NCBI GenBank assembly: GCA_013152275.1
Contig: JAADGS010000030.1
Span: 1-64,000, forward strand
DNA: 64,000 nucleotides
Reading direction: 5' to 3'
Source of the DNA: Actinomycetota bacterium
GTDB taxonomy: Bacteria > Actinomycetota > Acidimicrobiia > Spongiisociales > UBA4744
The notes below the pieces were generated by a model. The model did no database searches. It was not told the DNA's origin and saw nothing but the letters and a program-made list of their open reading frames with translations. This document shows, in pieces, positions 9,762 to 19,817 of this stretch. The first letter of the stretch is position 1, and the number at the start of each line of letters is the position of its first letter. The translations under genes were made by a program, and so were the position numbers.

Positions 9762-11239
9762 GAGCGGGCCTCCTCGAGTCCGTGCGCCGCGGTGAGCAGA
9801 CTCTCCTCGGTGGCGGCTCCTGCATCCTGTTCGGCGACGATGCGCCCGCCGTACATCACGAGAACCCGATCACACACGATCGGGATCTCCCGAAGCTCAC
9901 TCGTGTAGAGGAATATCGCAGCACCTTCGTCGGCGAGTTCCCGCAGCAGCTCGTAGATCTGAGCCTTCGTCTGAATGTCGATGCCCCGCGTCGGATCGAA
10001 ACAAAGCAGTGTCTTGAACCCCGAGGCCAGCCACCGCCCGATCGTGACCTTCTGCTGGTTGCCGCCGGAGAGGCGCTGCACCTGGTTCCCGGCTCGCACG
10101 TCGATGTCGAGGCGGTTCACCGCGTTGTCGACGCGAATCGTCTCGTCACGAACGAGGCCGAACCAACGCCCCAGGCGGTTGTAGAGCGGAATGGTCAGGT
10201 TCTCTCGCACGGAGCGTTGCGGCAAGAGAGCCATGAGCCGATCGGCGGGTACGAGCACCACACCCATTCGGATCGCGTCATAGGGTGAGCGCGCATCGAG
10301 GCGGCTGCCATTGACGATCACTTCGCCACCATCGGGCCGCCGGTCTCCCGAGAGCAGCTGGAAGAGCTGATCCTGCCCCTGCCCTTCGAGCGCGGCGAGT
10401 CCGAGGATCTCTCCGGCGTGGAGTTCGAACGACACGCCGTTGACCCTGCCGCCCCGTTTGAGATCCCGTCCTGTAAGTACGACGGGCCGATCACCGGTGG
10501 AGACCCGTCTCGTAACGACCTCCCCGGCCACCGCCTCGGCCGTCTCGCCGAGCATCGCGGCCACGAGAGCGGCCTCGTCTCCTTCACCCGGCGCGAGCGT
10601 CTCGACGGATCGTCCGTTCCGCAGGATGGTTGCCTGATCGCACACCGCAAGCACCTCCCCGAGCCGGTGGGAGATGAAGAGCACCGACCGACCGCTCCGT
10701 TTCCACTCCTCCATCACGGCGAACACGCGGTCGGCCTGATCCGTTGTCAGCGCCGCGGTGATCTCGTCCAGTATGAGGAGCCGGGGATCCTGCGCCAACG
10801 CGCGTGCAAGATCGAGCAGGCGGAGCACCGGCAGGGGCAAGTCGCGAATGAGCAGGTTGAACTCCAGATGCCCGAGATCCAATCGGCTCAGCCAATCGCG
10901 AACGACCGACTCATCCAGATCCGTGAGCCGCAGGTTCTGCTGGATCGTCAGGTCGGGGATGAGGGTCGGGTCCTGAAAGACGGTGGCGAGACCGGCTCCG
11001 ACGGCATGCGTCGGTCTTCGCAGATCGACAGGGGACCCATCCACCAGCACCGTGCCGGCATCGGGTGGGAATACTCCCGAGAGGATCTTGACGAGCGTGC
11101 TCTTTCCCGCTCCATTGGCACCGAGGAGTGCGTGGACTTCGCCGGGCATCACCGTCAGATCCGCAGAGCGAAGTGCCACAACGGCGCCGTAGCGCATCGC
11201 GATGTTCCGAGCGCTCAGCAGCGGCACGGCCTCGGTCAC
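9758..11239 (-). CDS. Sugar ABC transporter ATP-binding protein (RbsA-like, two NBDs)
   Basis: GANGAGKS, ILDE, LSGGNQQK. GTG start at 11239 chosen for its GGAGG RBS. Confidence 0.92.
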   Translation of the reverse strand: MTEAVPLLSARNIAMRYGAVVALRSADLTVMPGEVHALLGANGAGKSTLVKILSGVFPPDAGTVLVDGSPVDLRRPTHAVGAGLATVFQDPTLIPDLTIQQNLRLTDLDESVVRDWLSRLDLGHLEFNLLIRDLPLPVLRLLDLARALAQDPRLLILDEITAALTTDQADRVFAVMEEWKRSGRSVLFISHRLGEVLAVCDQATILRNGRSVETLAPGEGDEAALVAAMLGETAEAVAGEVVTRRVSTGDRPVVLTGRDLKRGGRVNGVSFELHAGEILGLAALEGQGQDQLFQLLSGDRRPDGGEVIVNGSRLDARSPYDAIRMGVVLVPADRLMALLPQRSVRENLTIPLYNRLGRWFGLVRDETIRVDNAVNRLDIDVRAGNQVQRLSGGNQQKVTIGRWLASGFKTLLCFDPTRGIDIQTKAQIYELLRELADEGAAIFLYTSELREIPIVCDRVLVMYGGRIVAEQDAGAATEESLLTAAHGLEEARS

Positions 11240-11311
11240 AGTTCCTCCATGGGCTTGTGTGGTCGAGCGCCGATCCTGGCGGCGCTCGACCACGTCGGTC
11301 AAGACGTCAGA

Positions 11312-12394
11312 TCACTCGCCCGGGCCTTTGCAGTCCACCACCTGGCCGGGGGTGTAGTGCGTCCACGGTTTGATCACCATGTAGGAGCTCCATCCGGCCT
11401 GCAGGGCAGGCAGATAGATTTCCTTCAACGTCTCGGCGTTGTTCGCCATGTCCAAGACCTTCGGCGTCAGCAGGGTTTCACGCGGGTGGCTCTTCCCCTG
11501 CAGGAGATCGATCGCGATCGATGCTCCAACGCCGCCGATCGCCGGCGGATTGGTGACGGCGGCACCCTTGAAGTCCGGGTACAGCGAGATCACCTGACCG
11601 ATGAACCCGTTGTTGTCTGCACCGACGACCGGAACGTAGGGCTTGTCGGCCACTTTGAACTGTTCGACGACCGTGTAGTCGATGCCGGATGTCCAGATAC
11701 CGTCGACGTCCTTGTTCGTCAAGATGTCCAGAGCTTGGGCTGCGCCAACGCTCGGGTCCCATCCGGTGAAGACCTCGGAGACGATCTTGATACCGGGATA
11801 GTCTTTGAGTGCCTTCTGGAATCCCGTGTCGCGGTCGGTGTCGGCCGGTACTCCGTCGATACCTCTCATGTACGCGACGTTGCCGGATCCGCCGAGCTGC
11901 TCGAACAGCCAACGGGCCCCGAGTTCACCGTAGGCCGTCTGATCGTTGGTGGCCACGTACGCGCTCGGCGCGGTGACCGCCTGGTCGATCGAGACGACGA
12001 CGATTCCCTGTGAGGTTGCCTCTTCGATGACCGGGTTCAGCGCCTCACGATCCGAGGGGTTGATGATGATCGCGTCGACCCCTTGGGAGATGAGGCCCTG
12101 GATGTCTGCGATCTGCTCGGTCGCACTGGCGTTCCGGTTCGCAAGGATCACCTTGTCGACAACCCCGCTGGCGAGGGCCTCGGCCTTGATGGCGCACACC
12201 ATCTGCTCGCGCCATGCGTTTCCGACGAGGGTGTTGGACACCCCGATCGTGTATGTCTTGTTGGTCTCCGGCGCTGCTGTCGTCTGGGTGGCCGCAGTGG
12301 TCTCCGAGCTACCGCTGCTGCCACATGCGGCGGCCACAAGAGCCACCACCGTGAGCAACAGAACAAGCCGCAGACGTAGTGTCAGTGTTTTCAT
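11312..12394 (-). CDS. Sugar ABC transporter substrate-binding lipoprotein
   Basis: Lipobox VAAAC, Thr-rich linker, Peripla_BP-like body (GVDAIIINP). Confidence 0.9.
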   Translation of the reverse strand: MKTLTLRLRLVLLLTVVALVAAACGSSGSSETTAATQTTAAPETNKTYTIGVSNTLVGNAWREQMVCAIKAEALASGVVDKVILANRNASATEQIADIQGLISQGVDAIIINPSDREALNPVIEEATSQGIVVVSIDQAVTAPSAYVATNDQTAYGELGARWLFEQLGGSGNVAYMRGIDGVPADTDRDTGFQKALKDYPGIKIVSEVFTGWDPSVGAAQALDILTNKDVDGIWTSGIDYTVVEQFKVADKPYVPVVGADNNGFIGQVISLYPDFKGAAVTNPPAIGGVGASIAIDLLQGKSHPRETLLTPKVLDMANNAETLKEIYLPALQAGWSSYMVIKPWTHYTPGQVVDCKGPGE

Positions 12395-12512
12395 GCGTCC
12401 CTTCCTCCTCTGTCTCTGTCCGTCCATGGCCATCGTGTGGCCGTTTCTCTTCGGTGCCCGGCCCTGTCGGACCGAACGCCCGGCAAGGCGCTCAGCTCCG
12501 ATTCCGAGCCGT

Positions 12513-13703
12513 TCATGAACTTCCTCCGTTGCCTGCCCCGACGAATCCGGCGTTGACCGTCTCGGGGTCGAAGATGTGCTCGATGATCAACGCGGCGGCC
12601 CCGATGATCCCGGCCCGGTCACCGAGCGCCCCGGTCGTGATCTGAAGATCGTTCGTGCTCAGGGCCGTCGACCGCTGGTAGACGATCTCGCGGATGCCGG
12701 CCAGCAGCTGTTGCCCGGCTTCGGCGATATCTCCACCGATGGAGATGACGGCCGGATTCAGCATGTTCACCGTCGCGGCCAAGACCCCACCGATGAGCCT
12801 GCCCGCGTCTCGCACGGCGTGAATGGCGTCGCCGTTTCCTGCCTTCACGAGCGCCACGACGTCGCGACTGTCCACCGTCTCGTGCCCTTCGGCTCTGAGG
12901 CTCCGGGCCAGGGCGGCTCCGCCCGCCGATGCCTCGAGACAGCCGGGGTTCCCGCAGCGGCACATCACGTCGGTGGGTCCCGCCTGAATATGACCGATGT
13001 CCCCCGCGGCTCCCCGGGCCCCTCGGTGAAGCCGCCCACCGAGGATCAGACCGGAGCCGATCCCCGTTCCGACCTTGACGAACACGAAGTCGTCGACCCT
13101 CGGATCCATGACCCAGAACTCGCCAAGCGCCATGATGTTCACGTCGTTGTCGACGAGCACGGGCACGCCGTACCCCTCGACGAACCGGTCGCGAATCGGG
13201 TACCCGTCCCACCCGGGCATGATCGGGGGGTGCACGGCACGGCCCGCGGCGAAGTCGACGGAGCCGGGAACTCCGATTCCGATACCCCGCACGTCGGCGG
13301 AAGACCGTCCGGCCTCTTCGGTAAGTGCACCGAACGTCTCCTGCACCCAGCCCAAGACCTTGGTCGGGCCGTCTGCGATGTCGATGTCGTGAGAGATCTC
13401 GGCAAGCGGGTTGGCGTCGAGGTCGCAGATCGCCAGCCGGGAATGCGTCGCTCCGAGATCCGCGACGAGCACGACACCGGACGCCGCGTTGAATCCGAGC
13501 ATGGTCGGAGGCCGGCCTCCGGTCGAGGCGGCCTCGCCAACCTCGTTCACGAGACCCTTCGCGATGAGCTGATCCACCCGTTGAGTGATCGTCGACCGGG
13601 CGAGACCCGTGATCGACGCCAGTCCGGCCCTGGTGATACACCTCCGTCGACGAATCAGATCGAGGAGGTCGCCCGGTGAACCGGTTGGCGCACACTGACC
13701 CAT
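12513..13703 (-). CDS. ROK-family transcriptional regulator
   Basis: N-terminal HTH ([16 protein letters not shown]), [26 protein letters not shown]. Confidence 0.92.
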   Translation of the reverse strand: MGQCAPTGSPGDLLDLIRRRRCITRAGLASITGLARSTITQRVDQLIAKGLVNEVGEAASTGGRPPTMLGFNAASGVVLVADLGATHSRLAICDLDANPLAEISHDIDIADGPTKVLGWVQETFGALTEEAGRSSADVRGIGIGVPGSVDFAAGRAVHPPIMPGWDGYPIRDRFVEGYGVPVLVDNDVNIMALGEFWVMDPRVDDFVFVKVGTGIGSGLILGGRLHRGARGAAGDIGHIQAGPTDVMCRCGNPGCLEASAGGAALARSLRAEGHETVDSRDVVALVKAGNGDAIHAVRDAGRLIGGVLAATVNMLNPAVISIGGDIAEAGQQLLAGIREIVYQRSTALSTNDLQITTGALGDRAGIIGAAALIIEHIFDPETVNAGFVGAGNGGSS

Positions 13704-13709
13704 CTGGTC

Positions 13710-13748
13710 ATTGAAGCAGTGGACATTGTTCGCGTCAACAACAAAGTC
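13710..13748 (-). promoter_or_regulatory. Putative leaderless promoter with overlapping ROK-type operator
   Basis: Minus strand TTGACG-17 nt-TTCAAT-6 nt-ATG. Inverted repeat GACATTGTT-N9-AACAAAGTC at 13722-13748 (8/9 match). Confidence 0.6.
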
Positions 13749-13833
13749 AGCCCTCCTCAGGCAGTAGCGCCCGGACCTTCTGTCGGAGCTGGGCCGAAGT
13801 GCCGGGTTGTGAGCTACAGGCATTGGACGTTCC

Positions 13834-14643
13834 TCAGCATTCCTCGGGCTTGGCCAGCACGTTGGCGAGCCGACGCGCATGCTCTCGAAACGCAGCATCG
13901 AACAGCTCCATCGACCGCTCCTCCCCCACGAGCGTCGAGCTCGTCAGGACCGGAGGCAGCGCTCCACGCTCGAAGAGCAATGCTGCGGTCTGGACCTTGA
14001 TCTCGTTGGCGATCGCGATGTTCGCCACGGTGGATCCGGGCCCGACACGCGTTTCCGGCCCCGAGAGCTCGATGAGCGAGTCGCCCGGCGGCGTGCAGAG
14101 ATCGATCACGATGTCGGCATGATCCAGGAGGCGGGTCCCGCTGGAGTGCCGAGGTGTGCTCGCCATCGAGTGCGCCACCGAAGTCACCGCGATGACCGGC
14201 AGGCCGCGCTCTTGCGCCCCAATGGCCATCTCGATCGGCACGGCGGTGGAACCGCTCGTGCTGTAGACGATCATTGCGTCCCCCGACCCGAACGAGAAGT
14301 TGGCGAGGATCCGATCGGCGAGGCCCTCGACCCGCTCGATGAACATCGCCTGGCGTTGCCCGTTCGCACCCGTGACCTGTGTATGGAAGGTCATCGACAG
14401 CTCCACGATCGGGTGGAACCCCGGATAAGAGCCGTATCGGGGGAACATCTCCTCCACGGGGATACGCGAATGTCCGGTTCCGAAGACGTGGACCAGACCG
14501 CCTCCTTCGATGGCGCCGGCGCAGACCACGGCAGCCTCGGCAATGGCGTCGAGCTGCGTCTCGGCGATGCGTTCGAGGATCTTCGATGCCTCGGAGAGCC
14601 AGCGCCCCCGGAGAGTTCGGCCATGTTCATCGCTACCATGCAT
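13834..14643 (-). CDS. SIS-domain sugar isomerase-like protein
   Basis: VFGTGHS, EEMFPRYGS, STSG, IAVTS, PGST. Start approximate. Confidence 0.85.
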   Translation of the reverse strand: MHGSDEHGRTLRGRWLSEASKILERIAETQLDAIAEAAVVCAGAIEGGGLVHVFGTGHSRIPVEEMFPRYGSYPGFHPIVELSMTFHTQVTGANGQRQAMFIERVEGLADRILANFSFGSGDAMIVYSTSGSTAVPIEMAIGAQERGLPVIAVTSVAHSMASTPRHSSGTRLLDHADIVIDLCTPPGDSLIELSGPETRVGPGSTVANIAIANEIKVQTAALLFERGALPPVLTSSTLVGEERSMELFDAAFREHARRLANVLAKPEEC

Positions 14644-14681
14644 CCGGTCTACGCCTTGCTTCCCTGCCGTCGATGAGTAAA

Positions 14682-14691
14682 TGTATAGACA
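14682..14691. promoter_or_regulatory. Putative GntR/HutC-type operator TGTATAGACA
   Basis: Near-palindrome in the divergent SIS/GntR intergenic region; sister site at 17097. Confidence 0.5.
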
Positions 14692-14741
14692 GGTTAGGAA
14701 GCTTGCACTGGTACGGTCAAGAAGAGCCGGAGGAACACGAC

Positions 14742-15464
14742 GTGGCGACACCACCCCGATACATCGAGATCGCCGAGTACGTGCGCGGACTGACAGCTGA
14801 AGCCTCTCCCGGAGACCGGCTGCCCTCGGATGCCGAGCTGTGCGAACGCTTCGGTGTCAGCCGCATGACTGCCCGCCAGGCGATCACGCTGCTCGCCAAC
14901 GAGGGTCTGCTCGAACGCCGCCGCGGATCGGGCACGTTCGCCTCCGCTCGGCGCGTTCCCCGCACACTCGGCTCACCCCTCTCGTTCTCGGAGAGCACGC
15001 GCGGTCGCGGCATGAAGCCCACATCGCGCGTACTGCGGGCCGGCCCGACCGACCTCACGCCGGAGGACGCGGAGGCGCTCGGCATCGAGATCACCGCACC
15101 GGCAATCGTGCTGGAGAGGCTGCGCCTCGCCGACGGCATCCCCATGGCCATCGAGCACGCAGTCATGCCTGCAGACGACTCCGGTCTCCTCGATGAGGAC
15201 CTCACCTCGGGGTCGCTACACGAGGCGTTCGAACGCAGAGGCAGAACCCCGACGCATGCCAACGCGGAGGTCGGCGCCAGAAGGGCGACGAAACGCGAAC
15301 GTACCCTCCTCCAGCTCCCACCGAGCGGCATCGTTCTCACGGAGATCCGCACGATCTTCGACCAGTACGGCGCACCGCTCGAACACACCTCGACGTTCTA
15401 TGCGGCGGATCGCTACACCTTCATGGCTGTCCTCTATCGGGGGCCCGGCGACACTCCGTCATGA
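14742..15464 (+). CDS. GntR-family regulator with UTRA domain (HutC/DasR subfamily)
   Basis: GDRLPSDAELCERFGVSRMTARQA, RRRGSGTF, LERLRLADG. Confidence 0.92.
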   Translation: MATPPRYIEIAEYVRGLTAEASPGDRLPSDAELCERFGVSRMTARQAITLLANEGLLERRRGSGTFASARRVPRTLGSPLSFSESTRGRGMKPTSRVLRAGPTDLTPEDAEALGIEITAPAIVLERLRLADGIPMAIEHAVMPADDSGLLDEDLTSGSLHEAFERRGRTPTHANAEVGARRATKRERTLLQLPPSGIVLTEIRTIFDQYGAPLEHTSTFYAADRYTFMAVLYRGPGDTPS

Positions 15465-16381
15465 GTATGCGGCGCTTCCTCGGACTCGATCTTGGCGGCA
15501 CCGATATCAAGGTCGCCGTTCTCGAGCAGGCGGCCGGCGCCGATCGGCCCCGGGTCACGTTCACCGCGCGACACGCCACGCATGCCGAACGTGGGCCCCG
15601 GGGCGTGACCGATCGCCTGATCGAGGTCGGGCATTCGACGATCGACGAAGTGGGCCCGGTCGAGACGGCGGGGCTCGGCGTTCCCGGTCTCTTCGATGCC
15701 GACACCGGGAAGATCCTGCTGTTTCCGAATCTCCCGGGACCGTGGCCTGGTCATTCGTTGCGCGATCCCGTCGGGGATGGACTGGGCGTTCCAACGGCAC
15801 TCATCAACGATGCTCGAGCCTTTCTTCTCGCCGAGGGGACTCTTGGGGCCGGTAGACACTGCCGGATCGTCATCGGGCTCACGCTTGGAACAGGCATCGG
15901 GGGTGGCATCATGATCGATGGACACATTCATCTCGGTGCCTTCGGAACGGCCGGAGAGGTCGGGCACCAGATCATCGTGCCGGATGGCCCGCTGTGCGGC
16001 TGTGGCAACCGCGGCTGCCTCGAGGCGCTGGCGAGGGCACAGGCGCTTGCCGACATGGTCGGAGTGCCGGATGTCAAGACCGTGTGCGAGCGGGCGGCCG
16101 CCGGCGACCGGAAGAGCCTCGCAGCCATCGACACGGTGGCGGGCTACATCGGTACCGGTCTCGCCAATGTCATCACGCTCCTCGGCCCCGACTGCATCGT
16201 GATCGGAGGCGGGATCATGAACGCGGGCGAGATCGTGCTCGAACCGATCAGAAGAGCGACGCGTGCTCGCGTCCGGTTGGCGCCTGTCGACGAGATCGAG
16301 ATCGTCCCCACCGAGTTCGGCATCTCGGCGGGAGCGATCGGTGCCGCACTCGCCGGTCGCGCTCAGCTCGATGTGCGTTGA
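15461..16381 (+). CDS. ROK-family sugar kinase
   Basis: GLDLGGT, INDA, GTGIGGG, GEVGH, CGCGNRGCLE; no HTH. Confidence 0.92.
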   Translation: MSMRRFLGLDLGGTDIKVAVLEQAAGADRPRVTFTARHATHAERGPRGVTDRLIEVGHSTIDEVGPVETAGLGVPGLFDADTGKILLFPNLPGPWPGHSLRDPVGDGLGVPTALINDARAFLLAEGTLGAGRHCRIVIGLTLGTGIGGGIMIDGHIHLGAFGTAGEVGHQIIVPDGPLCGCGNRGCLEALARAQALADMVGVPDVKTVCERAAAGDRKSLAAIDTVAGYIGTGLANVITLLGPDCIVIGGGIMNAGEIVLEPIRRATRARVRLAPVDEIEIVPTEFGISAGAIGAALAGRAQLDVR

Positions 16382-17067
16382 CGGTAGTCGTCGAGAATCG
16401 CCGCCGTCTGCGTGGCGCCGGCTCGTTCGGCCCCCGCCTCGATCACGGCGAGAAGCCCATCGAGGGTGCGGACGCCGTGTGCCGCCTTCACCTTGACCGC
16501 AGGTGAGACCGATGCCCGCATGAGCCGGAGATCTTCGAGTGTCGCTCCCGTGGGTGCGAAGCCGGTCGATGTCTTCACGTAGTCGGCACCGGCCGCCTCC
16601 GCGAGTTCGCAGGCACGAACCTTCTGCACGTCGTCGAGGTAGGCGTTCTCGAGAATGACCTTGACGAGTGCATCGCCGCCCGCCGCGTCGACGACCGCCT
16701 TGATGTCCTCGCCGACCTGCTCGAACTCACCCGAACGTAGCCGGCCGATGTTCAGCACCATGTCGAGCTCGACGGCGCCGTCGGCCATCGCCCGCTCCGC
16801 CTCGAACACCTTCGTTGCGGTCGTGTTGGCACCATGGGGGAATCCGACGACGGTCCCCACGGCGACCGGCGAGTCTGCGAGACGTTCGGCGCAGAGCGCA
16901 ACATCGGCCGGCCGGACGCACACCGACACGACCGAATAGCGATCGGCGAGCGCACATCCGGCGATCACGTCGTCGAGAGTGAGCTCCGGCTTGAGCAGTG
17001 AGTGATCGATGGTCCCGGCGAGTTGCTCGTATGTGACGTCTGCGACGGTGAGTGCTGTTGGCTGCAT
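16363..17067 (-). CDS. deoC: Deoxyribose-phosphate aldolase
   Basis: IDHSLLKP, VVGFPHG, ELDMV, KVILE, YVKTSTGF. Confidence 0.9.
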   Translation of the reverse strand: MQPTALTVADVTYEQLAGTIDHSLLKPELTLDDVIAGCALADRYSVVSVCVRPADVALCAERLADSPVAVGTVVGFPHGANTTATKVFEAERAMADGAVELDMVLNIGRLRSGEFEQVGEDIKAVVDAAGGDALVKVILENAYLDDVQKVRACELAEAAGADYVKTSTGFAPTGATLEDLRLMRASVSPAVKVKAAHGVRTLDGLLAVIEAGAERAGATQTAAILDDYRQRTSS

Positions 17068-17096
17068 CTGTCGATGATCCCACGAGGCGCGGGATA

Positions 17097-17106
17097 TGTC
17101 TAGACA
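17097..17106. promoter_or_regulatory. Putative GntR/HutC-type operator TGTCTAGACA
   Basis: Perfect 10-bp palindrome 30 bp upstream of deoC, overlapping the eda stop codon. Confidence 0.5.
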
Positions 17107-17729
17107 ATTCCTCTTGGCCAGGACCGGCAGGCATCGACGATCGCCGCCGCCCGCTCGGCGACGACACCGAGATCGTCGTGATTGGTGAGCCAGCCGCCGA
17201 CTCCGACCGCGAGAGCTCCGGCGGCAAGGAATGACGCGGCGTTGTCGGCGGTGATCCCACCGGTCGGAATGAGGGGCAGGTCGCCGAACGGTCCCCGCAG
17301 GGCTTTGAGGAGTCCGGGGCCACCGACCGATGCCGGGAAGATCTTGATGGCGCCCGCACCGGCGTTCCACGCCGTGGACACCTCGGTCGCCGTGAATGCG
17401 CCCGGGACCATGGGGATCCCGTTGCCGAGAGCCCAACGGATAACGCCGAGGTCCGTATGCGGCGAGACGAGGAATCTCGCTCCGGCATCGACGGCCGCTC
17501 CGGCATCGGCGACGGACATGACGGTTCCCGCCCCGGTGACGACGCCTTCGGCAACACTCTCTCGGATCGATGTCATGGCACCAGGACTGTCCATCGTGAT
17601 CTCGAAAACGCCGATCCCGGCGCTGCGGAGCACGCGGGTGACCTCGCCGACCCGGCCGGGGTCGAGTCCGCGGAGGACGGCGATCAGGCGCGCCTCGACC
17701 ACCGCGGACGGCAGCGACACGCGGTTCAC
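17100..17729 (-). CDS. eda: KDPG/KHG aldolase
   Basis: IAVLR, FEITM, GAGTV, FLVSP, KIFPA, IPTGGI. Confidence 0.9.
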   Translation of the reverse strand: MNRVSLPSAVVEARLIAVLRGLDPGRVGEVTRVLRSAGIGVFEITMDSPGAMTSIRESVAEGVVTGAGTVMSVADAGAAVDAGARFLVSPHTDLGVIRWALGNGIPMVPGAFTATEVSTAWNAGAGAIKIFPASVGGPGLLKALRGPFGDLPLIPTGGITADNAASFLAAGALAVGVGGWLTNHDDLGVVAERAAAIVDACRSWPRGIV

Positions 17730-18532
17730 GCCGATGTCTCCGTGACGCACCACCCGCCGTCGACGGCGAGCACCTGACCGGTGACGTGCCGAGAGGCGTC
17801 ACCGAGGAGGAATGCGCCTGCAGCGGCGACGTCTGCCGCATCGAGCAGACCGCCGGCCAGCGGCTGTTTGCGTGCCGCATACGCCACGATCTCCGGATCT
17901 TCGGCGGCGCGCCTCGCCATCGGTGTTCTGACAAGTCCCGGAGCGACGGCATTGACCCTGATTCCGTCGGCGGCGTAGTAGGACGCCATCGATTTGGTGA
18001 GCGAGATCTCGGCCCCTTTGATGGCCGCGTACGCGTGCGTTGCGAAGAACGTGGAGGCGGGATGCGAAGCGAGGACGCTCGTGACGAACACGATCGAGCC
18101 CCGAGTCCCCGACTCGTTCGGGTCCTGGGTCCGCATTACGCTCACGACGTTTCGAGCCGCCAGGAATGCCGGGTAACCGTTCAGCCTCAGCGTTGCCTCC
18201 CACCCCGTCAGCGGCATCTCGTGGATCGGTCCGTCTCCGAACCGTCGCCCACTGCCTCCGGCGACGGCGAACAGGCCGTCGATACGTCCGAAGCGATCGA
18301 GGCAGGCCTTCGCTGCATGGTCGGCTTCGGCTTCGATTGTCAGATCGGCTCGGGCCCACTCACAGACACCGCCGCCGGCCGTCACCTCGCCGGCAAGCCG
18401 GGCGCATTTGGCTTCGGTCCTCGACACGACAAACACCGACGCTCCGGACCGGCCGAAGATGCGCGCACCGGCGGCCGCGATGCCGGAGGCACCGGTGACG
18501 AGGATTACCCGGCCGTCGAGATGGTCATGCAT
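17726..18532 (-). CDS. Short-chain dehydrogenase/reductase
   Basis: VTGASGIA, YAAIK, RVNAVAPG, VDGG. Confidence 0.9.
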   Translation of the reverse strand: MHDHLDGRVILVTGASGIAAAGARIFGRSGASVFVVSRTEAKCARLAGEVTAGGGVCEWARADLTIEAEADHAAKACLDRFGRIDGLFAVAGGSGRRFGDGPIHEMPLTGWEATLRLNGYPAFLAARNVVSVMRTQDPNESGTRGSIVFVTSVLASHPASTFFATHAYAAIKGAEISLTKSMASYYAADGIRVNAVAPGLVRTPMARRAAEDPEIVAYAARKQPLAGGLLDAADVAAAGAFLLGDASRHVTGQVLAVDGGWCVTETSA

Positions 18533-18896
18533 CGTGCCCCCTTGTTAGCACACCGGTGGCACCGGTCCATCATTCGTTCCCGGTTGAAGTGACGAGCCTC
18601 GCCGGTGCCAGGTCGTCCTTCCGACAGAGGTGCAGGCCGGCGGTGGACATCGGCATATCGGTGCATCGTCCGATCGACACGACAGTGCAGGCGTCCACCT
18701 GAGGTCCTTGTTCTCCGCACGCCGAGACCGTCCAAGCAGAGGGCGTACGCATGGACGAAGCTCCACTCTGCCAGGAGATCGACGACGCAGAGCTGGCACC
18801 GTCCGTCACGTTCGAATGGAGCCACACGGCACCAGGCGCGAGCCCCGGAGCGTCGCACGACCGATGCCGGCGAACTCCGGATCGCCCGAACCGGTG

Positions 18897-19769
18897 TCAT
18901 TGCCCCCGCCGCCAGCCCTCGGCGTGGCGGCGGTGCTTCGGTGCGTCGAACCCGGCACGCGCCAGCACCTCGTCGAGATCCTCCACGTCCAGGAAGTCGC
19001 CGTAGAAGACAAAACGCGAACCTGTCGGGATCGTGAGGCTCCCGTCCGGAAACACCATGACGTACAGACGGTCCAGCGTCTCATGGCTCAGCCAGCTGAT
19101 ACGCAGCCGGGTCGAGGCGACCCGGCTCTGCAGCGCGGCGAACTCGGCGTCGGTCACGACCAGGCCATCCCAGGGGACCTCGGGGTCCATCGAACGGGGA
19201 AACGCCTGAAACACGTTGTAGAACAGACGGTTCGGGCTGCGTGAGGCCCGCTGGTCCAACAGCGCCACGATGTTCGTCACGTCGTCGATGTTGAAACGGC
19301 TGACCGGCGTCGCCACCTTCACGTCGATACTCGGATGCGCCTCGAGCAGGTCGAGAGCGGCCATCACCGCGCCGAAGTGGCCGGGCTTCTTCGTGCGCGA
19401 CGACACCTCCTCGCTCGCCCCGTCGAGCGGCAGCGACACGAGATCGATGTCGGCGCCGTACCGATCGAGAAAACCTGACGTCATCTCATCGCCGGTGGTG
19501 GAGATCGCCACTTCGAGACCCTGTCGTTTGGCATCGTGAATGAGCTCACCGATGTCCGCACGTTTGAGCGGGTCACCGCCGGTGAACACGATACGTCGGG
19601 CACCCGTGGCAGCGATCTTCGCCACGATCGCCAGTGCCGTGTCGGTGTCGACCTCCGCGATGGCCTGCGGTCCCCAGCAGTACGGACACTCCTGGCTGCA
19701 TTCGCTGGTGACGTGAAAGTCGAACGTGGCGACACCGGGCACGGGATCTCCGATGGTCTCTGCGACCAC
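18897..19769 (-). CDS. Radical SAM protein, viperin/RSAD2-like architecture
   Basis: CSQECPYC, FTGGDP, no SPASM cysteines; viperin-like segments described in findings. Confidence 0.75.
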   Translation of the reverse strand: MVAETIGDPVPGVATFDFHVTSECSQECPYCWGPQAIAEVDTDTALAIVAKIAATGARRIVFTGGDPLKRADIGELIHDAKRQGLEVAISTTGDEMTSGFLDRYGADIDLVSLPLDGASEEVSSRTKKPGHFGAVMAALDLLEAHPSIDVKVATPVSRFNIDDVTNIVALLDQRASRSPNRLFYNVFQAFPRSMDPEVPWDGLVVTDAEFAALQSRVASTRLRISWLSHETLDRLYVMVFPDGSLTIPTGSRFVFYGDFLDVEDLDEVLARAGFDAPKHRRHAEGWRRGQ

Positions 19770-19817
19770 CCTACCGGACGGGGCATTCGCGCCGTGGCGC
19801 CGAAGACCGAGAGCCGC

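Noticed and set aside
7756..9825. 689-aa ORF as a fused permease
   Set aside because: The N-terminal part is an off-frame read of the upstream permease; the real gene starts at 8751.
16363..17952. 529-aa extended DeoC
   Set aside because: The extension overlaps eda and the SDR out of frame; DeoC similarity starts at 17067.
18533..18896. About 360-bp intergenic region as an RNA or small gene
   Set aside because: No recognisable motif, convincing ORF or strong structure.
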